Below are positions 9,644-20,049 of a stretch of DNA of 64,000 bases, one piece after another. Position 1 is the first letter of the stretch. Each line of letters starts with the position of its first letter. Below the pieces are notes generated by a model, which worked only from the letters and a program-made list of their open reading frames with translations, did not search any database and was not told where the DNA came from. Both the position numbers and the translations under genes were made by a program. The stretch comes from Syntrophorhabdaceae bacterium (lineage in GTDB: Bacteria; Desulfobacterota; Syntrophorhabdia; Syntrophorhabdales; Syntrophorhabdaceae), in assembly GCA_963665295.1 (NCBI GenBank), contig OY762209.1, positions 5,120,001 to 5,184,000 of the forward strand, read 5' to 3'.

Positions 9644-10636
9644 TTAAAAAGTCCCCGCAAGAGCAATCCCGAAAATGGGTGCTGTGGCGTAACTCGTGCT
9701 GTCGATCCGGTCTCCCGACCGGTCCTCTATCCTGAGGCCGCCGCCAAAGGCGAGACCGCCGAAGAGATAGGCCCGGAGCTTGTTCTCGAACTTCCGTTCC
9801 AGGCAAAGGTATACGGGCACGGAACTGACCTGACCGATGCCGTTCGGCGTCTGGTTGCTGTCGGCCAGACGAAAACGGTATGAATGAAACCCTCCCCCAA
9901 GGCCGACCAGCCAGTTTTTGTCCAGGTCGTAATTCAACTCAAGGCCCGCGGGCCCTGTCGGCCCCGTTCTGTAAGGGTTCATGAGGTGAAGGTGTTTCGT
10001 GATATTCCAGGATATGATCAGGGCCGGGTACACAGTGGTCTGTTCCAACCGGTAGAAGGCTCCGCTGCCAAAACCGATCATGAGGTCCTTATGGGGCGCA
10101 TAAGCAGCCCCCACGACACCCCCATAGAGAATAGATTTTCCCGCCTCAGCCCCTTCCTCGCCTGCATACTGCACCATGGGACTAAAAAAGAGGTTCCACT
10201 TCGGGCTCGCCCTGTATGCCATCCGCCCTGTGAGACCCACCCTGTGCACCTTGTTCCAGGGGTCGGGTGCGCCCAGGCCCGGCTGGCGGGAAAATGAACC
10301 CAGGCCGGAAAAATAGTAATCGTCAAACTCATAGGAAAGTCCGAACCCCACTTCGACTTTATCACTCACCGGCGCCTTCACGTTGATCCCGGTCAAATAG
10401 CGCGTGGTAGTAAGATCGCCCCCGCCGCTTATGTGGGTCTTCGGCTGAAAATGTATCCCCCCATCCACAGTGACCTTGACCCCTCCGAGGGCGGCCGGGT
10501 CTGTCGCGCCCGTCTCGGCAGACAGGCAGGGGGAATGGAGAATAAAGACAACCGAAATAATTATCATGGCCAAAAGTAACGGCAGAAGAGGGAAACACCT
10601 TTTCCTCCGGTAAGTGCACACAGACATGTCTCTCAT
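9644..10636 (-). CDS. Outer-membrane beta-barrel protein (DUF6268-like)
   Basis: AGGAGG RBS, signal peptide, alternating amphipathic strands, terminal Phe (ALAGTF). Confidence 0.7.
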   Translation of the reverse strand: MRDMSVCTYRRKRCFPLLPLLLAMIIISVVFILHSPCLSAETGATDPAALGGVKVTVDGGIHFQPKTHISGGGDLTTTRYLTGINVKAPVSDKVEVGFGLSYEFDDYYFSGLGSFSRQPGLGAPDPWNKVHRVGLTGRMAYRASPKWNLFFSPMVQYAGEEGAEAGKSILYGGVVGAAYAPHKDLMIGFGSGAFYRLEQTTVYPALIISWNITKHLHLMNPYRTGPTGPAGLELNYDLDKNWLVGLGGGFHSYRFRLADSNQTPNGIGQVSSVPVYLCLERKFENKLRAYLFGGLAFGGGLRIEDRSGDRIDSTSYATAPIFGIALAGTF

Positions 10637-11043
10637 TTCTTTCCTCCTGTCCCGCCTGGGGATCAAAGCGTGTGCCCATTCTATCACGCTCGCATTGGCA
10701 GGTCCACAAAAAGAACACTGAGGGACTTCGCTTTCCCGTCTGTCTTGAAAGGCTTCAACTGGAAGCAAGGACAAAGCGCGGAGAAACGTAGGGTGGGAGT
10801 GAGGCGGGCGGGGAGGGGTCTTCCCGCCCGCCCAGGATAATCGGGATGTGGTTGAATGTGCTGCAAATGGAATAAGAGACAACATGTCTTTTCAATTATC
10901 GAGCTGAAAGGCGCCCTCTCTCAACCCACATGTGCGGGGAACGCCACCCACCCACTCCCCGTCAGCAGCATTGCCCGGCCCGCTGAAAGTACCGGGCAGG
11001 GGCTTATACCCCGATCCGGCGTTTATCGCTGCCGGTCTTAAAA

Positions 11044-11072
11044 TTGACACACTGCGGGGGGAGGGGTATAAT
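11044..11072 (+). promoter_or_regulatory. Perfect-consensus sigma70 promoter of nadCAB
   Basis: TTGACA(11044-49)-N17-TATAAT(11067-72). Confidence 0.85.
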
Positions 11073-11078
11073 AAACGC

Positions 11079-11906
11079 TTGAAAACGGAAACTCTCATAA
11101 AGGCGGCCCTCGACGAAGACATGGGACGGGGAGATGTCACTACCGATTCCATCGTCCCTTCGGACCAGGTCTCGCAGGCGTCGATAATCGCGAAGGCCGA
11201 CTGCGTCATCGCCGGTCACGATATTGTCCGCCTCGTATTCCACACCCTCGACGGGGACATTGTCTATGACGCGCTCATCGGAGACGGCGTGCTCGCAAGA
11301 AAGGGTGAGACTGTGTCCAGGATCTCAGGCAGGACCCGGACAATCCTCACAGGCGAGCGGGTCGCGCTCAACTTCTTTCAGAGGCTCTCAGGCATCGCCA
11401 CCGCAACGCGAAGGTTCGTGGACGCGGCAAAGGGCACGAAGGCCCGCATCCTCGATACGCGAAAGACCACGCCCGGACTCAGGACGCTGGAAAAATACGC
11501 CGTCCTCATGGGGGGCGGATACAACCACAGATTTGACCTCTCGGAGATGGCCCTTATAAAGGAAAACCATATCGCCGCCGCGGGTTCCATCCGGGACGCG
11601 GTAAGGCTCATAAGAGAAAGAAGCCGGGTAGCCATAGAAGTCGAAGTGAAAAACATGGCGGAACTGAAGGAAGCAGTGGAACAGAAGGTGGAAAGGATCA
11701 TGCTCGACAACTGGAGCACCGAAGACACCTGGAAGGCGGTCGCCTTTGTCAAAGGCGCGGTCCCCCTTGAAGCGTCCGGCAACATGACCGTCGAGCGGCT
11801 AGCGGAGGTAGCCCCCACAGGGGTCGATTTCATCTCTGTCGGCTCCCTCACCCACTCCTTCGAATCGGCCGATCTCAGCCTGCTCATAGCGGAAAAGGAC
11901 AAATAA
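11079..11906 (+). CDS. nadC: Nicotinate-nucleotide pyrophosphorylase (carboxylating)
   Basis: ALDEDMG.GDVTT, GERVALNF, DTRKTTPGLR, NHRFDLS, IKENH, MLDN, EASGN; TTG start inferred. Confidence 0.93.
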   Translation: MKTETLIKAALDEDMGRGDVTTDSIVPSDQVSQASIIAKADCVIAGHDIVRLVFHTLDGDIVYDALIGDGVLARKGETVSRISGRTRTILTGERVALNFFQRLSGIATATRRFVDAAKGTKARILDTRKTTPGLRTLEKYAVLMGGGYNHRFDLSEMALIKENHIAAAGSIRDAVRLIRERSRVAIEVEVKNMAELKEAVEQKVERIMLDNWSTEDTWKAVAFVKGAVPLEASGNMTVERLAEVAPTGVDFISVGSLTHSFESADLSLLIAEKDK

Positions 11907-12968
11907 ATGAACACCGACAGCAGCATTCCCGAAAAAGACGACGTACTCCTCAAACTCTCGAAGGCAAAAGAGGCGCTTGGGAAGGATCTTCTCATCCTCG
12001 CCCACTTCTATCAGCATAATGATATCGTGCGGTTCGCCGATTTCGTCGGCGATTCCCTTCAACTCGCCGAGAAGGCGGCCCTTAACAAGGATGCCCGTTA
12101 TATCGTCTTCTGCTCCGTGTCGTTCATGGCAGAGACGGCAAGGATTCTCTGCGCCCCCGAACAGGAGGTACTCCATCCCGAGCCCGAGTCACGTTGTCCC
12201 CTCGCCGACATGGCCGCTCTGGATCAGGTCGAGTCCGCGTGGGGCCAGTTGGAGAAGCTGAACAAGACGATCGTACCTGTAGTCTACGTGAATTCCAATG
12301 CGGACCTCAAGGCGTTCTGCGCCCGAAACGACGGCATGGTCTGCACGTCGTCGAACGTGAAGAAGGTCTTCAACCATATCCTGTCCCAGGGCAAGTCCGT
12401 TTTCTTCTTCCCCGACGAGAATATGGGACGCAACACCGCCCGCGACATGGGCCTTGATGAGGGGGACGTGTTTCTCTGGAACCCCGGGGAAGGCATGGGA
12501 CCGGCCGCCGGCGGCAAGGCCGGACAGGCGCGCGTCTTCCTGTGGGAAGGCTTCTGCATCGTTCACAGGGTGATGGGACCCCGCGATATCGAAAGGCTTC
12601 GCCGCGAACACACAGGGATTAAGGTGGTGGTCCATCCCGAGTGCACGCCGGGTACTTACAACCTCGCCGACTATGCGGGTTCCACGAGCTTCATCAGGAA
12701 CATAGTGGGGGGATCGGAGCCCGGTTCGAAATGGGCCATAGGAACGGAGTGGAACTTTGTGGACCGCATAAGGGCCGCAAACCCCGACAAGCTGGTGGTA
12801 CCCTTGAAAGAGGAAAGATGCAAGGAGATGGCGAAGACAACGCCCCGAAAGCTCCTTCACATTCTCCAGGGTTTGACGGAGGGAAAACTCCTGAACAGGG
12901 TTGTGGTGGACCCCGACGTCGCCCGTGAGGCAAGGATTGCCTTGAAACGGATGCTCGAGCTGGCGTGA
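11907..12968 (+). CDS. nadA: Quinolinate synthase
   Basis: ILAHFYQ, GDSLQL, FMAETA, three Cys (RCPLADM, GFCIVH, RCKEM), VHPEC. Confidence 0.93.
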   Translation: MNTDSSIPEKDDVLLKLSKAKEALGKDLLILAHFYQHNDIVRFADFVGDSLQLAEKAALNKDARYIVFCSVSFMAETARILCAPEQEVLHPEPESRCPLADMAALDQVESAWGQLEKLNKTIVPVVYVNSNADLKAFCARNDGMVCTSSNVKKVFNHILSQGKSVFFFPDENMGRNTARDMGLDEGDVFLWNPGEGMGPAAGGKAGQARVFLWEGFCIVHRVMGPRDIERLRREHTGIKVVVHPECTPGTYNLADYAGSTSFIRNIVGGSEPGSKWAIGTEWNFVDRIRAANPDKLVVPLKEERCKEMAKTTPRKLLHILQGLTEGKLLNRVVVDPDVAREARIALKRMLELA

Positions 12969-12969
12969 A

Positions 12970-14541
12970 ATGGATCGGGACACAAAACATTACTGCGATA
13001 TTCTGATCATCGGTTCGGGCATTGCGGGTCTCACCGCAGCCATTTCCGCATCGGAAGCCGGCCTTGACGTAATCGTGATAAACAAGGAAGCCGACCTCAA
13101 GGAATCGAATACCTTTTACGCCCAGGGCGGGATAGTGGCCCGCGGCCAGGACGATTCGCCTGAACTCCTTACAAATGACATCATGGCTGCGGGGGACGGC
13201 ATCTCCAACCCCGAAGCGGTCGATATCGTGGCCTCCCAAGGCCCCGTAATGGTCAACGACTTTCTCGTGGGAAAACTCACCGTGCCCTTTACCCGGGGGG
13301 AGAACGGCGCTTTCCAGTACGCCCGGGAAGGAAACCACTGCAGGAGAAGAATCCTCCACAGCATGGACACCACGGGAAGGGCTATCGAGGAGGCCCTTGA
13401 AAGACGGGCGAGAGAAGACCGCCGCATCCGTATCTTCCCCGCCTATACTGCCATCGACCTTCTCACTATTCCCCATCACTCGACGAATCCTCTTGCCCTT
13501 TACGTTGAGCCTCAGTGCATCGGGGCTTACGCGCTCAACAACCGGACCGAAGAAGTGGAAAGGGTCTTCTCGTCGTACACCGTCCTTGCAACCGGAGGGC
13601 TGGGGAGGTTGTTCCTTCACACTACAAACCCGCCGTGCGCCACAGGAGATGGGCTTGCCATGGCATCCAGGGCAGGGGCGCGACTCATCAACATGGAGTA
13701 CGTCCAGTTCCATCCCACCACCCTCTTCCACCCGGACGCCGACGGCTTCCTCATCTCCGAAGCAGTGAGGGGGGAAGGGGCGCGACTCATGACCAGGGAC
13801 GGCGAATTCTTCATGGACAAGTACTCCCCCCTTGGCGACCTGGCGCCCAGGGACGAGGTCTGCAGGGCCATGTACGAAGAGATGCTGAAACGAGGCGACT
13901 CATACGTCTATCTCGATGTGGCTTCCTTTGCGAAGATCGACATCACCAAGCGCTTCCCCACCATATACGGGACGTGCCTGGGCCTCGGCATCGATATGCT
14001 GAGAGAACCCATTCCCGTGGTCCCCGCGGCCCATTACAGTTGCGGCGGCGTCCACGTGGACCTATGGGGAAGGACGTCCCTCAAGAGCCTCTACGCCATA
14101 GGGGAGGTTTCCGCCACGGGACTGCACGGGGCGAACAGGCTCGCCTCCACATCTCTCCTCGAGGGCCTTGTATGGGGACTCAGGTCCGTACAGCACATAG
14201 CCGGCCATTTCAACAGTGAAAAAGTCTACAAGGAGTCGGATATCCCCGCCTGGATTTACCCTGATCGGGAGGAAGAGGCGGACCGGGCCCTCGTAAACCA
14301 GGACTGGCTCAGCGTCAAATCAACCATGTGGAACTATGTGGGCATCATAAGAACGGTGAAACGGCTGGAAAGGGCCAATGCGGACCTTCAATACCTGACG
14401 AGCAGGATCAATGATTTTTACCGGAAGACACATTTAAGCCCCATGATACTGGGCTTAAGGAACGGCATCCGCGCCGCATGTCTTGTGGCGAGAGCGGCCT
14501 TTATCAATAGAAAAAGCCGGGGAACCCATTACGTCACATAG
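12970..14541 (+). CDS. nadB: L-aspartate oxidase
   Basis: IIGSGIAGL, YAQGGI, QFHPT, LISEAVRGEGA, LAPRD, HYSCGG, GLHGANRLASTSL, SRGTHY. Confidence 0.93.
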   Translation: MDRDTKHYCDILIIGSGIAGLTAAISASEAGLDVIVINKEADLKESNTFYAQGGIVARGQDDSPELLTNDIMAAGDGISNPEAVDIVASQGPVMVNDFLVGKLTVPFTRGENGAFQYAREGNHCRRRILHSMDTTGRAIEEALERRAREDRRIRIFPAYTAIDLLTIPHHSTNPLALYVEPQCIGAYALNNRTEEVERVFSSYTVLATGGLGRLFLHTTNPPCATGDGLAMASRAGARLINMEYVQFHPTTLFHPDADGFLISEAVRGEGARLMTRDGEFFMDKYSPLGDLAPRDEVCRAMYEEMLKRGDSYVYLDVASFAKIDITKRFPTIYGTCLGLGIDMLREPIPVVPAAHYSCGGVHVDLWGRTSLKSLYAIGEVSATGLHGANRLASTSLLEGLVWGLRSVQHIAGHFNSEKVYKESDIPAWIYPDREEEADRALVNQDWLSVKSTMWNYVGIIRTVKRLERANADLQYLTSRINDFYRKTHLSPMILGLRNGIRAACLVARAAFINRKSRGTHYVT

Positions 14542-14601
14542 GCGGCGCAACACGCGCCTTTGCCCTGTTTCAACGTCCTTCTCTACCCCGTGCGACGAAT
14601 G

Positions 14602-15234
14602 TCAGCCGGAACCGTGGTTGAACTCATCCTTCTTCTGGAACCGCTCTATGGTGTCCAGAATCTGCTGCCCGGTAAAGGGTTTATCGAGGAAACCGACTAC
14701 CCCCGCGTCCTTTGCCATTCCCCTCTTTTCCTCGCATCCATAAGCCGAGATGATGACCACCAGCGTCTGCGGGGCTACCGCCCTGATTGCGGGAAGTATG
14801 TCCATCCCATCGCCGTCGGGCAGCTTCAAGTCCAGAAACAACAGGTCCGGCTGTTCTTTGAGCCGGGCAAGGCCTTCGCTTATGGTGTTGGCAGCGAATA
14901 CGCCATATCCCTTGCTCTGCAATATATTCGAAAGAAGCCAGCACAGATCCCCTTCGTCGTCTATTATGAGGATATTCCTTATTTCCTTCTTGAAAAAGAG
15001 GAACGGGTCCGCCTCCACGTGTTCCTTCTTGAGAAATTCCTCTTCCTGTTGCTGAAAATAAGGCGCCAGTTCTTCGAGTTCCTCGGGTCGGCGCCACCCT
15101 GAAAGGCCGCTCCTCCAGACGAGGGCCTCGTCACGCTTTATGATGCCTTTCAATATCCAACTTTTCAACCTGGAGTGGTAGATAAACCGGTACGTGTCGG
15201 CCCCTCTTCTTATATCGTACTTCAATTCGTACAT
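14602..15234 (-). CDS. Response regulator receiver with N-terminal GYF_2 (DUF4339)-like domain
   Basis: I.RDEALVWRSGLSGWRRPEELEEL (GYF_2-like) followed by ILIIDDE..FLDLKLPDGDG..ISAY..DKPF. Confidence 0.8.
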   Translation of the reverse strand: MYELKYDIRRGADTYRFIYHSRLKSWILKGIIKRDEALVWRSGLSGWRRPEELEELAPYFQQQEEEFLKKEHVEADPFLFFKKEIRNILIIDDEGDLCWLLSNILQSKGYGVFAANTISEGLARLKEQPDLLFLDLKLPDGDGMDILPAIRAVAPQTLVVIISAYGCEEKRGMAKDAGVVGFLDKPFTGQQILDTIERFQKKDEFNHGSG

Positions 15235-15248
15235 GCGCTCCCCCGGTT

Positions 15249-15974
15249 CTATCTGATAGGCAGGGATATGGCAAAGACCGTGCCTACCTGCCGCTTGCTC
15301 TCCACGGTTATCGTTCCGTCATGACTCGCGATAATCCCGTAGGTGGTCGAAAGGCCGAGGCCTATCCCGGACGGTTTGGTGCTGAAAAAGGGGTCGAATA
15401 TACGGATAATGTCCTCCTCGGGTATCCCTTCTCCGGTATCTTGAATCCTTACGACGACGAAATCCCCTTCAACCGCCGTGGTTATCGCCATTTCTCCGCC
15501 ATCCCGCATGGAGTCTACGGCGTTGATCATGACATTTGAAAATGCCCGGTTGATCTGTTCCTTATCGACGTTTATGGGCGGTATCCCGGGGTCGAAGCTC
15601 CTGTTCACCTTTATCGGACGCGATCCGATTTTGGTCTTAATAAAATCGAGAATACCTTCGAGGACCTCATGGATGTCATGGGGCTGAATGGTCAGCTTCG
15701 GCGGCCTGGCACAATTCAACAATTCGGTGATCAGGAAGTTGATCCTGTCCGTATTCCTCATAATCACTTCGATGTGCTTAGCCCAGGGGCTATCCTCGGT
15801 AAAGGCATCCTTGAGGAGTTGCACCGACAGAGAAAGGTTCCCCAGGGGGTTTCTTATCTCGTGGGCTATACTCGCCGCTATTCTGCCCGTAAAAGCGAGC
15901 CGTTCAGATTGAATAGTCTCTTCCTTGCGTTTCTCGGGTCCATCGTCGGAGTGCTTGTTTTGCGATACGTCCAT
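15249..15974 (-). CDS. Soluble histidine kinase lacking a sensor domain
   Basis: AHEIRNPL, N-box NAVDS, DTGEGI, FDPFFSTK, GIGLGLS; AAAGGAGG RBS. Confidence 0.88.
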   Translation of the reverse strand: MDVSQNKHSDDGPEKRKEETIQSERLAFTGRIAASIAHEIRNPLGNLSLSVQLLKDAFTEDSPWAKHIEVIMRNTDRINFLITELLNCARPPKLTIQPHDIHEVLEGILDFIKTKIGSRPIKVNRSFDPGIPPINVDKEQINRAFSNVMINAVDSMRDGGEMAITTAVEGDFVVVRIQDTGEGIPEEDIIRIFDPFFSTKPSGIGLGLSTTYGIIASHDGTITVESKRQVGTVFAISLPIR

Positions 15975-16241
15975 GGTCTCACCTCCTTTCCTGCTCAATC
16001 TCGTTCCAGGCGAAGGGCGCGCAAAAGAGAGGGGAAGACGGGATGTACATCAAATGTCTACGGGTTGTGGTTCCCCCGACTCCTGGGCGGACGTGTGACC
16101 ATCCCCGGTCACCATGGCTCCGGAATCAGGCGGGCCGTTCTTTCCGGTTCCGGCAGCGCGTATACGCCGGAAACCGCCGGTCCCCCGCATGATCTCCCCG
16201 CTTCTTTCATCCGCCGGCTAAAAATCCCCTTCGATAAGATG

Positions 16242-16269
16242 AATATAGTAACGATTCGACAAAAGTCAA
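16242..16269 (-). promoter_or_regulatory. Putative sigma70 promoter upstream of HK-RR pair
   Basis: TTGACT-N16-TATATT on minus strand. Confidence 0.45.
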
Positions 16270-16325
16270 ACCCCCTCCCTCGGGAAGGGTATACCCTATG
16301 CCGACAGGAAGCCGTCCCGCACCGG

Positions 16326-17573
16326 TTACTCCGGCTCCGGGACAGTCCTTTGCAGGATTATGAGCCACAGCACCTCCCCCATCGTAAGCAAAGCGATGAT
16401 CGCCGAAAAGATACGGAGCGCCGGATAAAGGCCGAGTAGGCCGGACCCCAGGCCAAGGGCCACCGTGGGAATTGTGAAGAAGAGATAGACCACCACGAAG
16501 TAGAGAGAGTTAACACTACCGCGCTCCTCCGGTCGGACGAGCCGGTTGAGTTCCGAGACGGAGCCGAGAAACGCCATCCCCGTGAAGGCGCCGCAGACTA
16601 CGGAACCCATGAGCATGAGGCCCATGGACGAGTTCGTCCACGCGGCGATGAGCGCCCCCAGTCCCACAACACCTCCTGTCAGGCCGAACACTTGCAGGCG
16701 GTAGGGCGACAACCCGTTCATGGCCAACTGGCCCGCCACATTGGACCCCAGCATTAAAGCAACCAGGGCACCTCCTGCGGCAAGGCTCCGGGTGTGGAGT
16801 AGACCGGAAACGTAGGTGGGCGCCAGAGCGACGAAGAACCCCCCTATCGCCCATGAAAGACCTCCCGAGATACCGGCCGAGACGAACCTTGCCCCTATCC
16901 CCTTGGGCACCCCGGGATGATGGATCTCAATCACCGTCAGGGGGCCCTGACTCCCTGCCTCCGGGATACGTACGACGAGGGCAAGGGCAAGGGCAAGAAA
17001 CCCCATTTCCACAACATAGCAGAGAGGGGTCGGCCCTGCCTCGTACCCGCCCAAAAGACCGCCTATGAGGGGACCGGCGGCTGCTCCGCCGATAGAACTT
17101 ACCGTAGTCATCATCCCCGCCCGACGCCTGTCATGACGCGGCTGCATCTCCACCAGGGCGGCGCTCAGGTTTCCCTGGGACGCTCCGACCGCGATCCCGA
17201 CCAGAGTGCGCCCCACGAGCAGCCAGACCACGCTCCAGGCAAGGGCAAGGCACACAATTCCCACGGCCTCGACGCATATGGCGACGAGGAGCACCCTGCG
17301 CCGACACACAATATCCCCCACGGGGCCGAAAATGAGGAGCGCGGGGACCACGCCGAGGACGTAGACTCCGAAAACAACAGTGAGCATGAAGTCGGAGAAA
17401 CCGAAGGCCTCCCGATAGGTTTGATAGAGCGGCGTGGGCATGGTTGCCCCCGCGAGAATCACGAAGGAGGCGATGGATACGGCCATATAGGAGCGGGGCA
17501 ACGCGGCCGCGTCCCTGAGTTCGCAAAGGTACATGCCCTGGGAAACGCTGAGTCTCTCCTCTTCCTCGCCCAA
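16326..17573 (-). CDS. MFS transporter
   Basis: ~12 hydrophobic segments, MPTPLY, motif-A-like G.VGDIVCRRRVL; start uncertain. Confidence 0.85.
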   Translation of the reverse strand: MGEEEERLSVSQGMYLCELRDAAALPRSYMAVSIASFVILAGATMPTPLYQTYREAFGFSDFMLTVVFGVYVLGVVPALLIFGPVGDIVCRRRVLLVAICVEAVGIVCLALAWSVVWLLVGRTLVGIAVGASQGNLSAALVEMQPRHDRRRAGMMTTVSSIGGAAAGPLIGGLLGGYEAGPTPLCYVVEMGFLALALALVVRIPEAGSQGPLTVIEIHHPGVPKGIGARFVSAGISGGLSWAIGGFFVALAPTYVSGLLHTRSLAAGGALVALMLGSNVAGQLAMNGLSPYRLQVFGLTGGVVGLGALIAAWTNSSMGLMLMGSVVCGAFTGMAFLGSVSELNRLVRPEERGSVNSLYFVVVYLFFTIPTVALGLGSGLLGLYPALRIFSAIIALLTMGEVLWLIILQRTVPEPE

Positions 17574-17724
17574 TGTAACCCTATCCTCCCCTTATTTTCG
17601 CACCCGTCGCAGCGGGTACGGCAGCCTTGTCTCCCGACCCGCGACAGCCCTAGAAACCTATATAGTCACCATGTCGGAGGCCGTCAATCGGCGCGCAGCG
17701 CCTCCATGTGCGGGGAGTCCGGTG

Positions 17725-18891
17725 TCAGCCGGCGCGGAGGGAATCGACGATGTTCATGTGGGCGGCCCTTACCGCGGGGAGTACGCCGCCCACGAACCCC
17801 ATGATAAGGGCGAAGGCGAGGGCCTTGACGATGATCCCCGGCGTAAGGGAAAAGGAGAAGGCAAGTTCGGAAAAAGTCTGGAAATTCAATGTGGAAATAG
17901 TGATGAACTGAAGAAAAGAAGCGAAGAAAAGGCCCACGAGGCCGCCGGAAAGGCCGAGAAGAAGGGACTCCATGAGGAACGCGCCGAGGATGCTCATTCT
18001 CTGGAACCCGAGGGCCCTCAGGGTCCCGATCTCTCCCACCCGCGTCGCCACGGCGGTGTACATGGTAATCATGGCGCCGATAATGGCGCCGAGGGAAAAG
18101 ATCACCGTAAGGGAAACGCCCAGGATGCGGAGGAATTTCGCCATCACTTCGGATTGTTCAAGGTAATAGGCCGTCTCCCTCTTGGCTTCCAGGGTAAGCC
18201 GGGGGTCTCCTTCTATGCGCTTTTTTACCGTGGCGAACCGGGAGGAATCCCGGAGTTTGAAGATGACCGATGAATAGACGGGCCGCCGGAAGGCCTGCAT
18301 CAACTGGTCCACGTCACCCCATATCTCCGAGTTGAAACCCGTATTGCCCGCGTCGAATACACCCACTATAGTCCAGTCCCGCATGCCGAACCGCAAGGTC
18401 TCGCCTATGTTGCCTCCCTTGAAGCGTTTCGCGATACTGAGCCCTGCCATGATCTCGGCGCTGCCCCTCCTCGGCATACGCCCCTCTATGAGTTTCACCT
18501 GAGGACGGAGGAGAAGCGACTTATCCGAGATGCCCCGTATCACCACGTTCGATTGTTTGTTACTCTCGCGCTTGGGAAGGCCTATAAGGACCACCATCTC
18601 CTTGGCAGCGAGGGGCGACCCGTCACCTCCTGCGGCGATCTCGGGGTCCGTTTCCACCACGGAGGCCTGATTGCGCTCGATGCCGCTCTGGACCTCGGAG
18701 ACCGAAGCCTTCCTGATTATCACCACGTTATCGTAGGAGCCGGTTTCCACGAGTGTCCTTTGCAGACCCGCGGCAAGCATCAGAATGGAAGCAAAGACAA
18801 ATACCACGAGGGCCATGCCCGAGGCGGTGAGCACCGTAGTGAGTCGGCGGGTCCAGAGGTTTCTCAGACTGTAGGAGAAGGGGATGGCCAT
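17725..18891 (-). CDS. ABC transporter permease (MacB/FtsX family)
   Basis: RNLWTRRLTT, periplasmic domain, EIGTLRALGF, PAVRAA. Confidence 0.9.
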   Translation of the reverse strand: MAIPFSYSLRNLWTRRLTTVLTASGMALVVFVFASILMLAAGLQRTLVETGSYDNVVIIRKASVSEVQSGIERNQASVVETDPEIAAGGDGSPLAAKEMVVLIGLPKRESNKQSNVVIRGISDKSLLLRPQVKLIEGRMPRRGSAEIMAGLSIAKRFKGGNIGETLRFGMRDWTIVGVFDAGNTGFNSEIWGDVDQLMQAFRRPVYSSVIFKLRDSSRFATVKKRIEGDPRLTLEAKRETAYYLEQSEVMAKFLRILGVSLTVIFSLGAIIGAMITMYTAVATRVGEIGTLRALGFQRMSILGAFLMESLLLGLSGGLVGLFFASFLQFITISTLNFQTFSELAFSFSLTPGIIVKALAFALIMGFVGGVLPAVRAAHMNIVDSLRAG

Positions 18892-20049
18892 CTAACCGAT
18901 CCTCCTTAAGCCATCCGCGATACGGACCCGTATGGCTCTTACCGTGGGGACAACCGCCGCGAGAACCCCCACGATAAGGGAAGTCACCAGGTCCATGACG
19001 ACCGTGTCGGCGCTCACGTTGAATGTGGGGAAGTATTGGCCCATGGCCTGCCCGAAGGCGTCCGCCACGGGGAATGTGAGCAGGACCCCCGACAGGCAGC
19101 CCATGAGGGTAATGAAGATGGATTCACCGAAGATGAGCGCCGCAAGGTGGGACGCACCGAACCCCAGGGTCTTGAACACCGCGTATTCCCCCATCCGTTC
19201 CCGGGCGGTCATGGCCATGGTATTCGCCACCACGGCAAGGATTATGATGATGACCACGAAGGAAACAAGCCTGATTGCAGTGATTATCGCGTCGGACATG
19301 GAAACAAAGCTCAACTGGAATGCCTTTTCCGTCTCCGTGAGGGTTTCGGCAAGGGAATTTTTGAAGGCCCCGTCAATCCTTGCCGCCACTTCGGCGGCCT
19401 GGGCGGGGTTCGTGACGCCGATCATGTAAAAACCGACCTGGTCCGCCCTGCGCGACGCCTTCTTTCTCACGTCCTCGTTGAGGTAATCCCAGTGGAAAAA
19501 GAAGGTGCTTTCGTCCGTGCCCTTGTCTCGCCCCTTGTAGATGCCCCGGAGCACAAATTCCCAGTTGCCCGGGTAAATGGTCCCTTTGAGCACGACCGTG
19601 TCCCCGATCCGCCAGTTATACCGGGCGGCGAGCTTCCGGCCCGCCACAAAAGACTTCCGGTCCCTGAGGAAAGCAGCCTGCTGGTCGGGCGGTATGATGT
19701 ATTCCGGATAGAGTTCCAGGTAGGTCTTCGGGTCCACCGCAAAATTAGCGAAAAAGTTCTTTTCGTCGATATATATACCGCCAAACCAGTTTCCCCATGA
19801 TACAGTCTTCACTCCGTCGATCTGGCGGATCTTCTCTTTGTAGGAAAGGGGGAGAGAAAAGATCATGGACACGGCGTTCCTGCTCACGAGCCTGTTGACG
19901 GCGGATGCCTCGACCCCCGCGTACCATGCATGGATTACGGTCCTCAGAAGGCCGAAGGCGAGTATGGCTATGGTGATGCTCAGGATCGTGAGCCCGGTGC
20001 GGAGCTTGTGGCGGAAGGCGTTCTTAAAAACTATCTTGAGAATCCGCAT
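18892..20049 (-). CDS. ABC transporter permease (MacB/FtsX family)
   Basis: [30 protein letters not shown]. Confidence 0.9.
   Translation of the reverse strand: MRILKIVFKNAFRHKLRTGLTILSITIAILAFGLLRTVIHAWYAGVEASAVNRLVSRNAVSMIFSLPLSYKEKIRQIDGVKTVSWGNWFGGIYIDEKNFFANFAVDPKTYLELYPEYIIPPDQQAAFLRDRKSFVAGRKLAARYNWRIGDTVVLKGTIYPGNWEFVLRGIYKGRDKGTDESTFFFHWDYLNEDVRKKASRRADQVGFYMIGVTNPAQAAEVAARIDGAFKNSLAETLTETEKAFQLSFVSMSDAIITAIRLVSFVVIIIILAVVANTMAMTARERMGEYAVFKTLGFGASHLAALIFGESIFITLMGCLSGVLLTFPVADAFGQAMGQYFPTFNVSADTVVMDLVTSLIVGVLAAVVPTVRAIRVRIADGLRRIG

Noticed and set aside
10790..11040. GC-rich hairpins and repeated GCTGAAAG upstream of nadC as a riboswitch
   Set aside because: Lies upstream of the nadC promoter, and I could not match glycine, NAD or other riboswitch consensus on either strand.
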